64,000 bases of DNA from Phycisphaerales bacterium (GTDB lineage Bacteria > Planctomycetota > Phycisphaerae > UBA1845): NCBI GenBank assembly GCA_020639115.1, contig JACKHG010000005.1, forward strand, positions 114,071 to 178,070. The letters run 5' to 3'. Below, piece after piece: positions 44,847 through 54,175 of this stretch. The notes beneath the pieces are model-generated. The model ran no database searches and was not told the DNA's origin. It saw nothing but the letters and a program-made list of their open reading frames with translations. The position numbers and the translations under genes are program-made. Position 1 is the stretch's first letter, and the number at the start of each line of letters is the position of its first letter.

Positions 44847-45977
44847 TCACAACAGGCTGCGCAAGGTTCTTACCACCCGGTCGACGTCCTGCTCGGTGAG
44901 GAAGGCGTGGAACGGGAGGGCGATCGTGCGGTTCGCGACCGTCTCGCAGATGGGGAAATCTCCAGCGCGGCAGCCCAGGTCCGCCTGGTAGAACGGCTGG
45001 AGGTGGATGGGCGAGAAGTAGTTGTTGCACCCGATCCCCGCGGCGCGGAGGCCCGCCATGATCTCGTCCCGCGCTCCCACCGGGTAGTCGTCCGCCAGCT
45101 TCACCACGTACACGAACCAACTCTTCGTGCTCCCCGGCGGCGTCGCCTGCTGCGTGAGCCGCGGCTCATCCTTCAGCCGCGCGTCGTACAGCGCCGCCAC
45201 GCGCGCCCGGGCGGCCAGGATTTCCGGCAGCCGCGCGACCTGCACCACGCCGATGGCGCAGTTGATGTCGGCGAGGCGGAAGTTGTAGCCGAGGCGCTCG
45301 TGCGCGAGCCAGCCAGCCGTCGCCGCGCGGCCCTGGTTGCGAATCGACCGGCAGAGCGCGGCGATCTCCGCGTCGTCGGTGACGACCATGCCGCCCTCGC
45401 CCGTCGTGATCTGCTTGTTGGGATAGAAGCCGAACACCCCCGCGTCCCCGAGCGAGCCTGCCACGGCGCCGCCCCGAGTGGCGCCGGCTGCCTCGCAGGA
45501 ATCCTCGATCACGCGCAGGTTGTGCCGGCGGGCGATGGCGCGGATGGCGTCCATATCGGGGATGATGCCGAACACGTCGACGGTGAGAATCGCCTTGGTG
45601 GCGGGCGTGATCGCCGCCTCGATCCGCGCCGGGTCCAGGCACCAGTACTGCGGATCCATGTCCACGAAAACCGGCTTGGCCCGCTCGAACAGGATGCAGT
45701 TCGCCGAGGCCACGAAGGAAAACGGCGTCGTGATCACCTCGTCGCCCGGGCCGAGCCCCATCGCCCGCACGACCATGTGCAGGGCGCTCGTGCCGCTGTT
45801 GCAGGCCACGGCGTGCTCGGTCCCGCACAGCCGGGCGAAGTCCTCCTCGAACTCGGGCACCTTGGGGCCCAGCGAGAGGTTGGGGCTGCGCAGCACCGCC
45901 ACGACAGCCTCGATTTCCTGGTCGGTGATATCCGGACGGGCGAGGGCGATTTCGCCGGGACGGGTCGAATGGCTCAT
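44847..45977 (-). CDS. DegT/DnrJ/EryC1/StrS-family PLP-dependent sugar aminotransferase
   Basis: ..GDEVITTPFSFVASANCI.. and the PLP-Lys region FGFYPNKQITTGEGGMVVTDD. Start MSHSTRPGEIALARPDI (ATG at 45977). Confidence 0.9.
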   Translation of the reverse strand: MSHSTRPGEIALARPDITDQEIEAVVAVLRSPNLSLGPKVPEFEEDFARLCGTEHAVACNSGTSALHMVVRAMGLGPGDEVITTPFSFVASANCILFERAKPVFVDMDPQYWCLDPARIEAAITPATKAILTVDVFGIIPDMDAIRAIARRHNLRVIEDSCEAAGATRGGAVAGSLGDAGVFGFYPNKQITTGEGGMVVTDDAEIAALCRSIRNQGRAATAGWLAHERLGYNFRLADINCAIGVVQVARLPEILAARARVAALYDARLKDEPRLTQQATPPGSTKSWFVYVVKLADDYPVGARDEIMAGLRAAGIGCNNYFSPIHLQPFYQADLGCRAGDFPICETVANRTIALPFHAFLTEQDVDRVVRTLRSLL

Positions 45978-46216
45978 GCGGCGGCTCACGGAGGGGTGCG
46001 GTTCAGCCGGGTCCGGCACCTGCCGATACCAGCGCTGGCAGGCGCATCTGCGCTGCGACCGATAAGGCGCACCCCGAGCGCCCTGGCGGTCGCGAAGCGG
46101 CGATGATAGGGATACGACCGGCGCGTGGCAACGGTTCGTCTTGCACGGGCCACCGCCGCTCCTATCATGGCCCGACCGTTTCGAGGAAAAAGACACCGCA
46201 CCGGGAGATCCCACAC

Positions 46217-47536
46217 GTGCTACATCGCCAGCAGATCGAGCGCATCAACGACCGTTCCTTCGTCGTCGGTATTATCGGGATGGGTTACGTCGGCCTGCCG
46301 CTGACCCGCTCGTTCTACGACGCCGGCTTCAAGTGCGTCGGCTTCGACGTGGACGAACGCAAGATCAAGATGCTCAACGCCGGCAAGAGCTACATCAAGC
46401 ACATCACCTCGGAGTTCATCGCCAAGGCGCGCAAGGAGGGCCGCTTCCGCGCGACCTCCGATTTCGCCGAGCTGAAGAAGGTGGACGCGATCATCATCTG
46501 CGTGCCCACGCCGCTCACCAAGATGCGCGAGCCGGACATGTCGTACGTGCAGAAGACGTGCGAGGTGGCTGCGAAGTACCTGCGCAAGGGGCACCTCGTT
46601 GCGCTGGAGAGCACGACCTATCCCGGCACGACGCGCGAGCTCATGCTCCCGCTGCTCGCCGCCGGCGGGCTCAAGGTGGAGCGCGACTTCTTTCTTGCGT
46701 TTTCCCCGGAGCGCGAGGACCCCGGCCGCAAGACGCACACGACCACGACGATTCCCAAGGTGGTCGGCGGTTACGGTCCGAAGAGCCTCGCCGTGGCCAA
46801 GGCGCTCTACGGCGCCGCGCTCGAGACCGTGGTGCCCGTCTCGAGCTGCGAGGTGGCGGAGGCCGCGAAGATCCTCGAAAACGTCTACCGCTGCGTGAAC
46901 ATCGCGCTGGTCAACGAGATGAAGGTGCTCTTCGACCGCATGAACATCAACGTCTGGGAGGTGATCCAGGCGGCGGCCACCAAGCCGTTCGGCTTCCAGG
47001 CCTTCTACCCCGGCCCGGGGCTCGGCGGCCACTGCATCCCCATCGATCCGTTCTACCTCACCTGGAAGGCCCGCGAGTACGGCATGAACACGCGGTTCAT
47101 CGAGCTGGCCGGCGAGATCAACACGGACATGCCCGAGTACGTGGTGCACAAGACCGCGGAGGCCCTCAACACCCACAAGAAGCCGCTGAACGGCTCGAAG
47201 GTGCTCGTGCTCGGACTCGCCTACAAGAAGGACGTGGACGACCTGCGCGAGTCGCCCTCCATCGAGATCATCGAGTTGTTGCGCGAGCGTGGCGCGAAGG
47301 TCGCCTACAACGACCCCTTCTTCAAGCAGACCCACAAGCAGCGTGAGCACGACCTGCGGATGAAGAGCACCCCGCTCACGCCCGCGTCGGTCAAGGGCTT
47401 TGACTGCGTCTTGATTGCAACCGATCACTCCTCGTACGATTATCAGTGGATCGTGGATCACGCCCAGCTCGTGGTCGACACCCGCAACGCGACGGCGGGC
47501 TGCAAGCGCGTCGCGCGCAAGGTGGTCAAGGCGTAG
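46217..47536 (+). CDS. UDP-N-acetyl-hexosamine (nucleotide-sugar) dehydrogenase (WecC/TviB/WbpA-like)
   Basis: Rossmann motif GIIGMGYVGLP and catalytic Cys region GPGLGGHCIPIDP. GTG at 46217. Confidence 0.9.
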   Translation: MLHRQQIERINDRSFVVGIIGMGYVGLPLTRSFYDAGFKCVGFDVDERKIKMLNAGKSYIKHITSEFIAKARKEGRFRATSDFAELKKVDAIIICVPTPLTKMREPDMSYVQKTCEVAAKYLRKGHLVALESTTYPGTTRELMLPLLAAGGLKVERDFFLAFSPEREDPGRKTHTTTTIPKVVGGYGPKSLAVAKALYGAALETVVPVSSCEVAEAAKILENVYRCVNIALVNEMKVLFDRMNINVWEVIQAAATKPFGFQAFYPGPGLGGHCIPIDPFYLTWKAREYGMNTRFIELAGEINTDMPEYVVHKTAEALNTHKKPLNGSKVLVLGLAYKKDVDDLRESPSIEIIELLRERGAKVAYNDPFFKQTHKQREHDLRMKSTPLTPASVKGFDCVLIATDHSSYDYQWIVDHAQLVVDTRNATAGCKRVARKVVKA

Positions 47537-47587
47537 AGGTGGTCAAGGCGTAGAGGTGGTCAAGGCGTAGAGGTGGTCAAGGCGTAG
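47520..47587. repeat. 17-bp tandem repeat x4 (AGGTGGTCAAGGCGTAG) that includes the gene's stop codon
   Basis: Four perfect copies. Copy 1 encodes the last residues (K)VVKA* of 46217-47536. Confidence 0.9.
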
Positions 47588-47616
47588 CTGCGCCGAGAGG
47601 CCCGGTCGAGGACGCA

Positions 47617-49056
47617 TTGAGTATTCACAGGTCGAGGACGCCGCGCCGGACGCTGCATGCGCTCGCCGCCGCCCTGCTGGCGGCTGCGCTGCCGGCCCCC
47701 GCGCGCGCGGCTGAGGCGGCGGATCCAGCCGACGTCGGCAGCATCAGCCTGCCCGAGACCCGCCGCGACGTGGTCCGCATGATCGACGACGGCGCCGCGT
47801 GGAGCGCCTGCGCCCGGCGGCTCGAGGCGGACCTCGCAGCCGCCACCGACCGGTCAGCGGCCCCGCCGTGTGAGGCGTTGCTCGCCAGCATCCGCCTGAA
47901 TCTCGCCGACGCATCCACGACGGGCGTCGCCGCCCCGGCGGACATCGACGCCCTGATCGCCAACCTCTCCGAGGCCCGCGTCAATCCCGGCCTGCTGATG
48001 GCGCCGCTGCAGACCATCACCTTCGAACCGCAGCTCGCCTGGACCGTGCTCGCCCAGCGGGCCATCCCCGGTGCGTCCGCGTCGGCGTACGACCTGTTCC
48101 GGCAGGGCCGCCGCGCGATCCCCGCGCTGATCGCGGCGCTGGACGATCAGCGGGCCACGCGCACGACGGTCTCCGACCTGCGGACCGGCGACGAGCCGCT
48201 GGTCTTTCGCGTGGGCGACGTGAGCCTGGCGCTGCTCCAGGCCATCACGTTGTGCCGCTTTCAGCACCCCCTCAACGGCTACAACCTGCGCGCCGCGGAT
48301 CAGCCGCTGTTTTCCCAGTGGGCCGCCGACCGGCACGCCGCCCAGAGCGCGGTCGTCCGCGACTGGTGGGACGCCACGCACGGCATGTCCGCGGACGACG
48401 CGGTGCGCTGGTTCCTCGAGCGACCCGACACGGACCGGCCCCAGCAGCTCGACACGGCCGACGCCCTGATTGCCTTGGGCCAGAGCGGCGTCGTCCGACC
48501 CTTCCTCGAGACCCGTTTCCAGAACGGCCGCCTCATCGATTACTCGATATCCCAGCGGCTCGTCCGCGCCGGCTCGCGGGCGCCGCTCGATTTCGTCCAG
48601 GAGATCATCCGCAACGGCGAGCCGACCACGGAGGAGATGGTCCGCCTCATCGCGGAGTTCGGCGAGATCGACGACTTCAAGCTGCTCCGCGACGCGGTCC
48701 TCGACCCGGCGCGGTTTTCCCAGCCGCTGAACAATCGCATGGTGACCAACCAGATGCTCTCGACCGACCGCCCCCTCGCCATCCCCGTGCTCATCGCGGT
48801 GATCGAGCGGCGTGAGGGGCCCGAATTGCCGGCCTCGGCGCTGGCGGCCTCCGGTGCGGCTATTCCCTCGCACCTGCTCCGCGCCGGCGAGTGGATCCAG
48901 GAACTGAGCGGCAAGGACTTCGGCTTCGGTGAGGACCGTTCACCCTACTTCCTCGCCCGCGCGTTCGACGACATCCTGCTCTGGTGGAAGCGTGAAGGCC
49001 AAGCCGCCTGGGACTACGACCAGAACCGCCCGCAGGCCACCAGCGGCATCCGCTGA
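47617..49056 (+). CDS. secreted hypothetical protein, HEAT/ARM-like helical repeats
   Basis: Signal peptide ..LAAALLAAALPAPARA. Contains ..IPALIAALDDQRA... No catalytic motif recognised. Confidence 0.62.
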   Translation: MSIHRSRTPRRTLHALAAALLAAALPAPARAAEAADPADVGSISLPETRRDVVRMIDDGAAWSACARRLEADLAAATDRSAAPPCEALLASIRLNLADASTTGVAAPADIDALIANLSEARVNPGLLMAPLQTITFEPQLAWTVLAQRAIPGASASAYDLFRQGRRAIPALIAALDDQRATRTTVSDLRTGDEPLVFRVGDVSLALLQAITLCRFQHPLNGYNLRAADQPLFSQWAADRHAAQSAVVRDWWDATHGMSADDAVRWFLERPDTDRPQQLDTADALIALGQSGVVRPFLETRFQNGRLIDYSISQRLVRAGSRAPLDFVQEIIRNGEPTTEEMVRLIAEFGEIDDFKLLRDAVLDPARFSQPLNNRMVTNQMLSTDRPLAIPVLIAVIERREGPELPASALAASGAAIPSHLLRAGEWIQELSGKDFGFGEDRSPYFLARAFDDILLWWKREGQAAWDYDQNRPQATSGIR

Positions 49057-49154
49057 GCGGCGTATTTCCCCCATTCAAAACGCCACGCGGCTGTGTAATC
49101 GCGAAATCCCGTCACCCCCGCTAGGCTGAGCGTCGTGAATTCGGAGCGGGATGG

Positions 49155-50318
49155 ATGAGCCCCAGGAATCGCAAGAGACCCAAGAAGCTGACGCCCCAGC
49201 AGCGCGTTGCCACGCGCGTGATCGCGGGCTTTCTGGCGGTCTGCCTGCTCGCCGGCGTCGCCGTGGCGGGCTGGGCCGGCGTGCGCATCCACCACGCCTG
49301 GACGACATCCCACTGGCCGTCGGTTATCGGCGAGGTGATCCGCTCCTCCGTACGGCAGCGCGCCGACCACACGCCCCCGGTGCACCACGGCGTGGCTGCC
49401 GGCACGTGGACCTACGAACCGGAAATCACCTACTGCTACACCGTGGAAGGTACGGAATACACCGCGAGTGGCGTTACGGCCACGCGGGTATCCACCAGCC
49501 GCTCCGCCTCCGCCGAGTCGGTCGTCGCCCGCTACCCCGTCGGCCGCCGCGTGAAGGTGCACTACAACCCGGCGGACCCGGGCGAAGCACTGCTCGAGCC
49601 CGGCCTCTCCTGGACCGCGACCGCCCCGCTGCTCTTCGCGGGCCTCGCGTTCTGCGTCGTCCCCATCGCCCTGGGGGTGCCCGTCGTGCGCCGGCTGCGC
49701 GACAGTCAGCCACGGCGCCGCCCGACTGCTGCGGGCACCGCGCCGCCCGGTCTGCCGCGTGACAGCGGCATCCGTGAACTGGAGGCGTCGCCGGCACGCG
49801 TCGTGCTCCACCTGCCCGCCGGCCGGACCGGCGTGAGCACGACCGGGTGGCTGGGAGCCATTGGCGTCGGTTTGGGCCTCTTCTACGCCGCGTTTTTCCT
49901 GCCCGATCTCTTCGTGGCGGGCGCCCGCTGGTCGCTGAGGGACATCGTTCTGACGAGTGGATTCGGCGGCGCCGGCGTTGCGGGTATTGCCCTGCTCGCC
50001 TGGTGGGTCAGGCTCAAGTACGAGTCCACGCGGCTGCAGGCCGACGCCGAGGAACTGCGCATCGAACGCCGCCTGGGTCCGCTTCGCCGCGGGCAGCGGA
50101 TCGTGCTGGCGCCCGGCGCCCGCGCGGAACTCGTGCACCATCACGACGACAACGGCGCGCCGGTCTTTGCGGTCGGCGTGGCGGGCGCGTCGCCGCAGCC
50201 GGTGCTGGGCGTCACGCTGGAGGACGCGGAGAAGACCTGGCTGGTGGACCGGCTGAACGCGCTCATCGCCCCGGAGGCCGGCCCGTGTGAATTCCCAACC
50301 GACCATCGGCCGGATTGA
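49155..50318 (+). CDS. DUF3592-domain membrane protein with extra C-terminal TM/soluble region
   Basis: WPSVIGEVIRSSV...YEPEITYCYTVEGTEYTASG...YPVGRRVKVHYNPADPGEALLE is the DUF3592 signature. Confidence 0.72.
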   Translation: MSPRNRKRPKKLTPQQRVATRVIAGFLAVCLLAGVAVAGWAGVRIHHAWTTSHWPSVIGEVIRSSVRQRADHTPPVHHGVAAGTWTYEPEITYCYTVEGTEYTASGVTATRVSTSRSASAESVVARYPVGRRVKVHYNPADPGEALLEPGLSWTATAPLLFAGLAFCVVPIALGVPVVRRLRDSQPRRRPTAAGTAPPGLPRDSGIRELEASPARVVLHLPAGRTGVSTTGWLGAIGVGLGLFYAAFFLPDLFVAGARWSLRDIVLTSGFGGAGVAGIALLAWWVRLKYESTRLQADAEELRIERRLGPLRRGQRIVLAPGARAELVHHHDDNGAPVFAVGVAGASPQPVLGVTLEDAEKTWLVDRLNALIAPEAGPCEFPTDHRPD

Positions 50319-50401
50319 GCTGGCCCACAATGGCAACGGGTCCGGCGAAGTGAGCTTCGCCGGACCCGCGTATGGGCTCTCTCTCTCGTGATTCGGTGGG
50401 C

Positions 50402-51925
50402 TCAGAAGCCGCGATGCGACGCCGTGCGCACCTTGGCCACGTCCGCGCCCTTGGGCGCGAAGAGCGTGCCCTGGCTCTGCAGGCGGACGGTGAGCAGCGC
50501 GTCGCGGGCGATCGCCTGGCGGATGTTGAACGGCACGTCGTTGCCGATCACGCCGGCGGCCAGCACGCGGGCATCGCTGCTGCGGTGCAGCACCTGGCTC
50601 GCGTCACGCAGCTTGCCGAGCGCGACGCGGTTGTCCTGCAGGTTGGTCAGGCGCGCGTCGAGCTGCTCGATCGCGCGGGCGTAGCGCTGCCGGGCGGCGG
50701 CGAGGTCGACGCGTTTCGGCGTCTCGGCGCCGGCGGCTTCCCACATCGTGTCGAGCCGCGTCTTCTCCGCGGCGAGCATCGTTTTTTCCTGCTCGAGGTC
50801 GTACTGCTCGCCGTCGAGCGAGGTATACGGCTGATCCGGTGCGGTCAGGCCCGCGGCGTAGGCCAGGGCCACGCGGCGCTCCGACAGATCGTCGAGCTGC
50901 TCGTTGACCATCGCGATCGCCGACAAGGCCGCCTGGAGCTGCCACTCGTTGTTCACGAAGGCCGCGTCGTTCTTGTAGAGGTGGTCGGTGATGTCGAGGA
51001 TGCGTTTGCGGCGCTCGTAGCGGTTGACCTCTTCCCACATGACGTTCTTGCACGCGGTCAGCTCTCGCCAGAGGCCGTCGACGATCCGCGTTTTCCAGCG
51101 GGTGGTGTCGAAGTCCGCCACGACGAGAACCTTGGTGAGCGGGTCACCCGTGCGGACGTTGGCGATGTCCGCCGAGCAGAACGCGGCGCGCGTCCGCGGA
51201 TCGATCTGCCGCTCGTCGCCCGGCAGCACCAGCACGATCGCCTCGTTGACGAACTGCTCGTACTTGGGCTCGTACTGCTTGTGCCAGTTCTCCTGCCACC
51301 ACACGGCGCGGTTGATCTTGTGCGCCAGGCGATCGAGCGCCCGCAGCTCGCGCTGGAAGCTCTTGAACGCCTCGGGATCGGTGTTGGCGCGGCCGGCCAC
51401 CTCGGCCTCGTAGGTGAGCTGCTGCTTGAGCTCGGGCACGCGGGTCTGCCACTGGTGCAGCACGTCGAGCAGCACGCTGTTCGGCGCGTTGACGGTGAGG
51501 TTGCCCTGCACGGTCGTCGCCGGATCCTGCTCCCACAGGGCGAACGTGTAGTCGCCGGGGACCAGGTCGAGATCGTTGTACGTCACGTCGTTGCCGTCGT
51601 AGGGGCCGCCCCACATCGTGACGAAGTAGCGCTCGGCGTGGGCCAGCGCGTTCATCTCGTCGTAGTTGGCGGTCGCCATCTCGGTGAACTCGACCGCCGG
51701 CGCGTTGGGATCCTGCGCCTGCGCGGTGTTTTCGCCCTGGGCGTAGGTGTCGCTCGCGTTCTGGACATCGTCCACCGGCGCCAGCGCATACCGTGCGTTG
51801 CTGGGCGGCATGGCGAAGCGCAGCGAAACGGTCGACACGCGCTCCTGCGCCTTCTGCTCGTGGCACCCGGCCAGCAGCAGAACCGCCGCAACCGAGGACA
51901 TCGTCACCGACAATCGATTCATCAC
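50402..51925 (-). CDS. hypothetical lipoprotein (507 aa)
   Basis: MMNRLSVTMSSVAAVLLLAGC lipobox. Long helical regions. No family recognised. Confidence 0.7.
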   Translation of the reverse strand: MMNRLSVTMSSVAAVLLLAGCHEQKAQERVSTVSLRFAMPPSNARYALAPVDDVQNASDTYAQGENTAQAQDPNAPAVEFTEMATANYDEMNALAHAERYFVTMWGGPYDGNDVTYNDLDLVPGDYTFALWEQDPATTVQGNLTVNAPNSVLLDVLHQWQTRVPELKQQLTYEAEVAGRANTDPEAFKSFQRELRALDRLAHKINRAVWWQENWHKQYEPKYEQFVNEAIVLVLPGDERQIDPRTRAAFCSADIANVRTGDPLTKVLVVADFDTTRWKTRIVDGLWRELTACKNVMWEEVNRYERRKRILDITDHLYKNDAAFVNNEWQLQAALSAIAMVNEQLDDLSERRVALAYAAGLTAPDQPYTSLDGEQYDLEQEKTMLAAEKTRLDTMWEAAGAETPKRVDLAAARQRYARAIEQLDARLTNLQDNRVALGKLRDASQVLHRSSDARVLAAGVIGNDVPFNIRQAIARDALLTVRLQSQGTLFAPKGADVAKVRTASHRGF

Positions 51926-52298
51926 TCAGCTCCTGATTCGGACCCGGTCGCCACGGCGACGCGCAGCGGCGAGTTGGAATGAATACGAGCCCGGCGTGAG
52001 CTCACGCCGGCTGCGCGGGGACCGCGCGGGCTACTCCGGTATTCACTATCCAATACGTCGGCGGAACGGACCACCCACGTAAACAAGTTGGCGTTCGAAT
52101 TCGGACCTGCGCTGGGGCTGGAGATTATCGGTCTTTCGGCGTGGCCGGGGGATGGATCGGCAGTCTTTGCCGCAACCGCGCCGGCGTGGATGCATATATT
52201 GTAACGTCGAACCGGGGACGAGAGCGGAATTGCGACGCCGGACGGCAGCCGGTCGAGCTTTCACGTCCGCATCCGGGCACCCCGGGAGTGCAGCCGGT

Positions 52299-52406
52299 AT
52301 GAACAATGCGCAGATCCTCGGACTGATTCTGGTGACGATCGTCGGGCTGATCGGGTTCACCGACACGTGCCTGTGGCTGACGCGCCGCGAGCGGCGGCGC
52401 GACTGA
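52299..52406 (+). CDS. possible 35-aa single-TM peptide
   Basis: MNNAQILGLILVTIVGLIGFTDTCLWLTRRERRRD with a GGGAG about 10 nt upstream. Lies 130 nt upstream of the GTPase pair. Confidence 0.35.
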   Translation: MNNAQILGLILVTIVGLIGFTDTCLWLTRRERRRD

Positions 52407-52539
52407 GCCGCGTTTGCCCCGTTTTCCACATTTCGCCTCCCGCCCGCCTCGGAAATAACCTCCGCTGCGCGTCGAACTGGAAATGCGCCGGTGCTTGGCG
52501 TACAAGCACGGCAAACCGGCGCGAACGCGGCAGGTAACG

Positions 52540-54174
52540 ATGGCCCATCACGACGATCAACTGGCGAAGTTGGCTGATCCCCACACGCGCGCCGCGCTGG
52601 GCGGCGCCGCGTTGGGCTGGTCGGTGCGCGACGCGCACGCGTGCTCTGCGCTGCGCTTCCTGCATCACGCCACCGACGCCCCCGCCGTGATCGGGCTGGT
52701 CGGCGGCGCGTCCTCGGGCAAGAGCACGATCTTCAACGCGCTGGTTGGGCGGGAGCTCAGCGCGATCAGCGCCCACGCGCACGAGACGCTCGGACCGATC
52801 GTGGCGGCGACGCCGGACGGAGTCGAGGGCGTCCGGCAGTGGATGGCGGCTGACCTGCTCTTCGCCGAGTACCGGGCGGAGGCATTCACCGAGGGTCAGC
52901 CGACGACCGGCAGCGCCGACGCAGTGCACCTCGCTGCGCACGCCGGCTCCGAACTTGCCAACGTCGTGCTCTGCGACCTGCCCGACGTCACCAGCCGGTC
53001 CGCAGCGGACGAGGGCGCTGTCACCCGCAGCCTGCTGCCTTACTTCGACGCGTTGATCGTGGTCGTGGACGAGGAACGCTGGTTCGACGCGGCGATCTTT
53101 GAGGACTTTCTGGCGACCGCGCGAAACTACGGACCGCGGGTGTTCATCGTCTTCAACCGAACGGAGCAGGCTCCGGCGCTCGGCGCGGAGGAACGCGAGC
53201 GCGTCGCGGGCGTGGCGGAGCAGAATGGGGCGTCGGGCCACTGCGTGAGCGAATTTCAGCCCGGCAGCGGGTATCGGCCCGTAACCGACGCGACGCGGCA
53301 CGCGCTGCTCGAGTGGATCCGGGCGAAAGCGCATCCGGATCGCCGCAAGGCGCTGGCCAATCACCTGGCCCAGCGGGCGAGCGCGGTCATCGCGGAGAAC
53401 GTGTCGCGGGCCGAGCGCTACGATGCGCTGCAGCGGGCTGTGCACAACGAACTCGCCCAGATTGCGCGGGACACGAGCCTCACGCTCGACCTGCTCACGC
53501 CGGACGAACGTGGTTTTCTCGGGCTCGGCCATCGGTTCGTGCCGTTGTACGACCTGGCCCGGCAGGTGGGCCGGCGGCTGGGCGGGTTGATGGGCCGCAA
53601 GGCAGCCGGCGAGGTCGAGTTCGACAAGCGGCAGGATGCGCTCGCGGAAACGCTGCGGCACAACCTGGAGATCCGCTTCGGGCGTGCGACCGCGCGGATC
53701 GACGAGCAGGTGGCAGCCAACGACTACCTGCCCGCCGCTGCCGCCTGGCAGAACCAGTGGTCGCCGCCGCCGATTGATGCGAACGAGTGGGGCCGGCGGA
53801 TTCGCGCGCACATCGACGCGTGGCGCGATGAAGCAAAGGCCCAGAGCCGCCAAGGCGACATCGCAGCCATGTCGATCGGCACGCCGCTGCTGGTCGCGGA
53901 CCTGCTCTTTCTGGGCGGTGCGGGATTTACCGTAGCGTGGGTGGCGGCGTCCGTTGCGGGTTTTCTGGGGGGCAAGGGCATCAGCCGCCTGGTGCAGCGT
54001 TCGCCGGCGTACGCGGCGTACCAGACGACGGTGCGGGCGTACCAGTCGCTGCTGCGCGAGTCGCTGGCGGAGCAGTGGGAGGCGAACCTGCAGCGCATGC
54101 CGCGCCGACACCTCAAGATGACCGATCCGATCCTGACCGCGCTGATGCACGTGTCCACCCCGGGGAGGGCGTGA
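52540..54174 (+). CDS. dynamin-like/P-loop GTPase 1 with C-terminal hydrophobic hairpin
   Basis: G1 GGASSGKST; G3-position LCDLPDV; degenerate G4 FNRTE; helical stalk; TM-like IGTPLLVADLLFLGGAGFTVAWVAASVAGFLGG. Confidence 0.78.
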   Translation: MAHHDDQLAKLADPHTRAALGGAALGWSVRDAHACSALRFLHHATDAPAVIGLVGGASSGKSTIFNALVGRELSAISAHAHETLGPIVAATPDGVEGVRQWMAADLLFAEYRAEAFTEGQPTTGSADAVHLAAHAGSELANVVLCDLPDVTSRSAADEGAVTRSLLPYFDALIVVVDEERWFDAAIFEDFLATARNYGPRVFIVFNRTEQAPALGAEERERVAGVAEQNGASGHCVSEFQPGSGYRPVTDATRHALLEWIRAKAHPDRRKALANHLAQRASAVIAENVSRAERYDALQRAVHNELAQIARDTSLTLDLLTPDERGFLGLGHRFVPLYDLARQVGRRLGGLMGRKAAGEVEFDKRQDALAETLRHNLEIRFGRATARIDEQVAANDYLPAAAAWQNQWSPPPIDANEWGRRIRAHIDAWRDEAKAQSRQGDIAAMSIGTPLLVADLLFLGGAGFTVAWVAASVAGFLGGKGISRLVQRSPAYAAYQTTVRAYQSLLRESLAEQWEANLQRMPRRHLKMTDPILTALMHVSTPGRA

Positions 54175-54175
54175 G

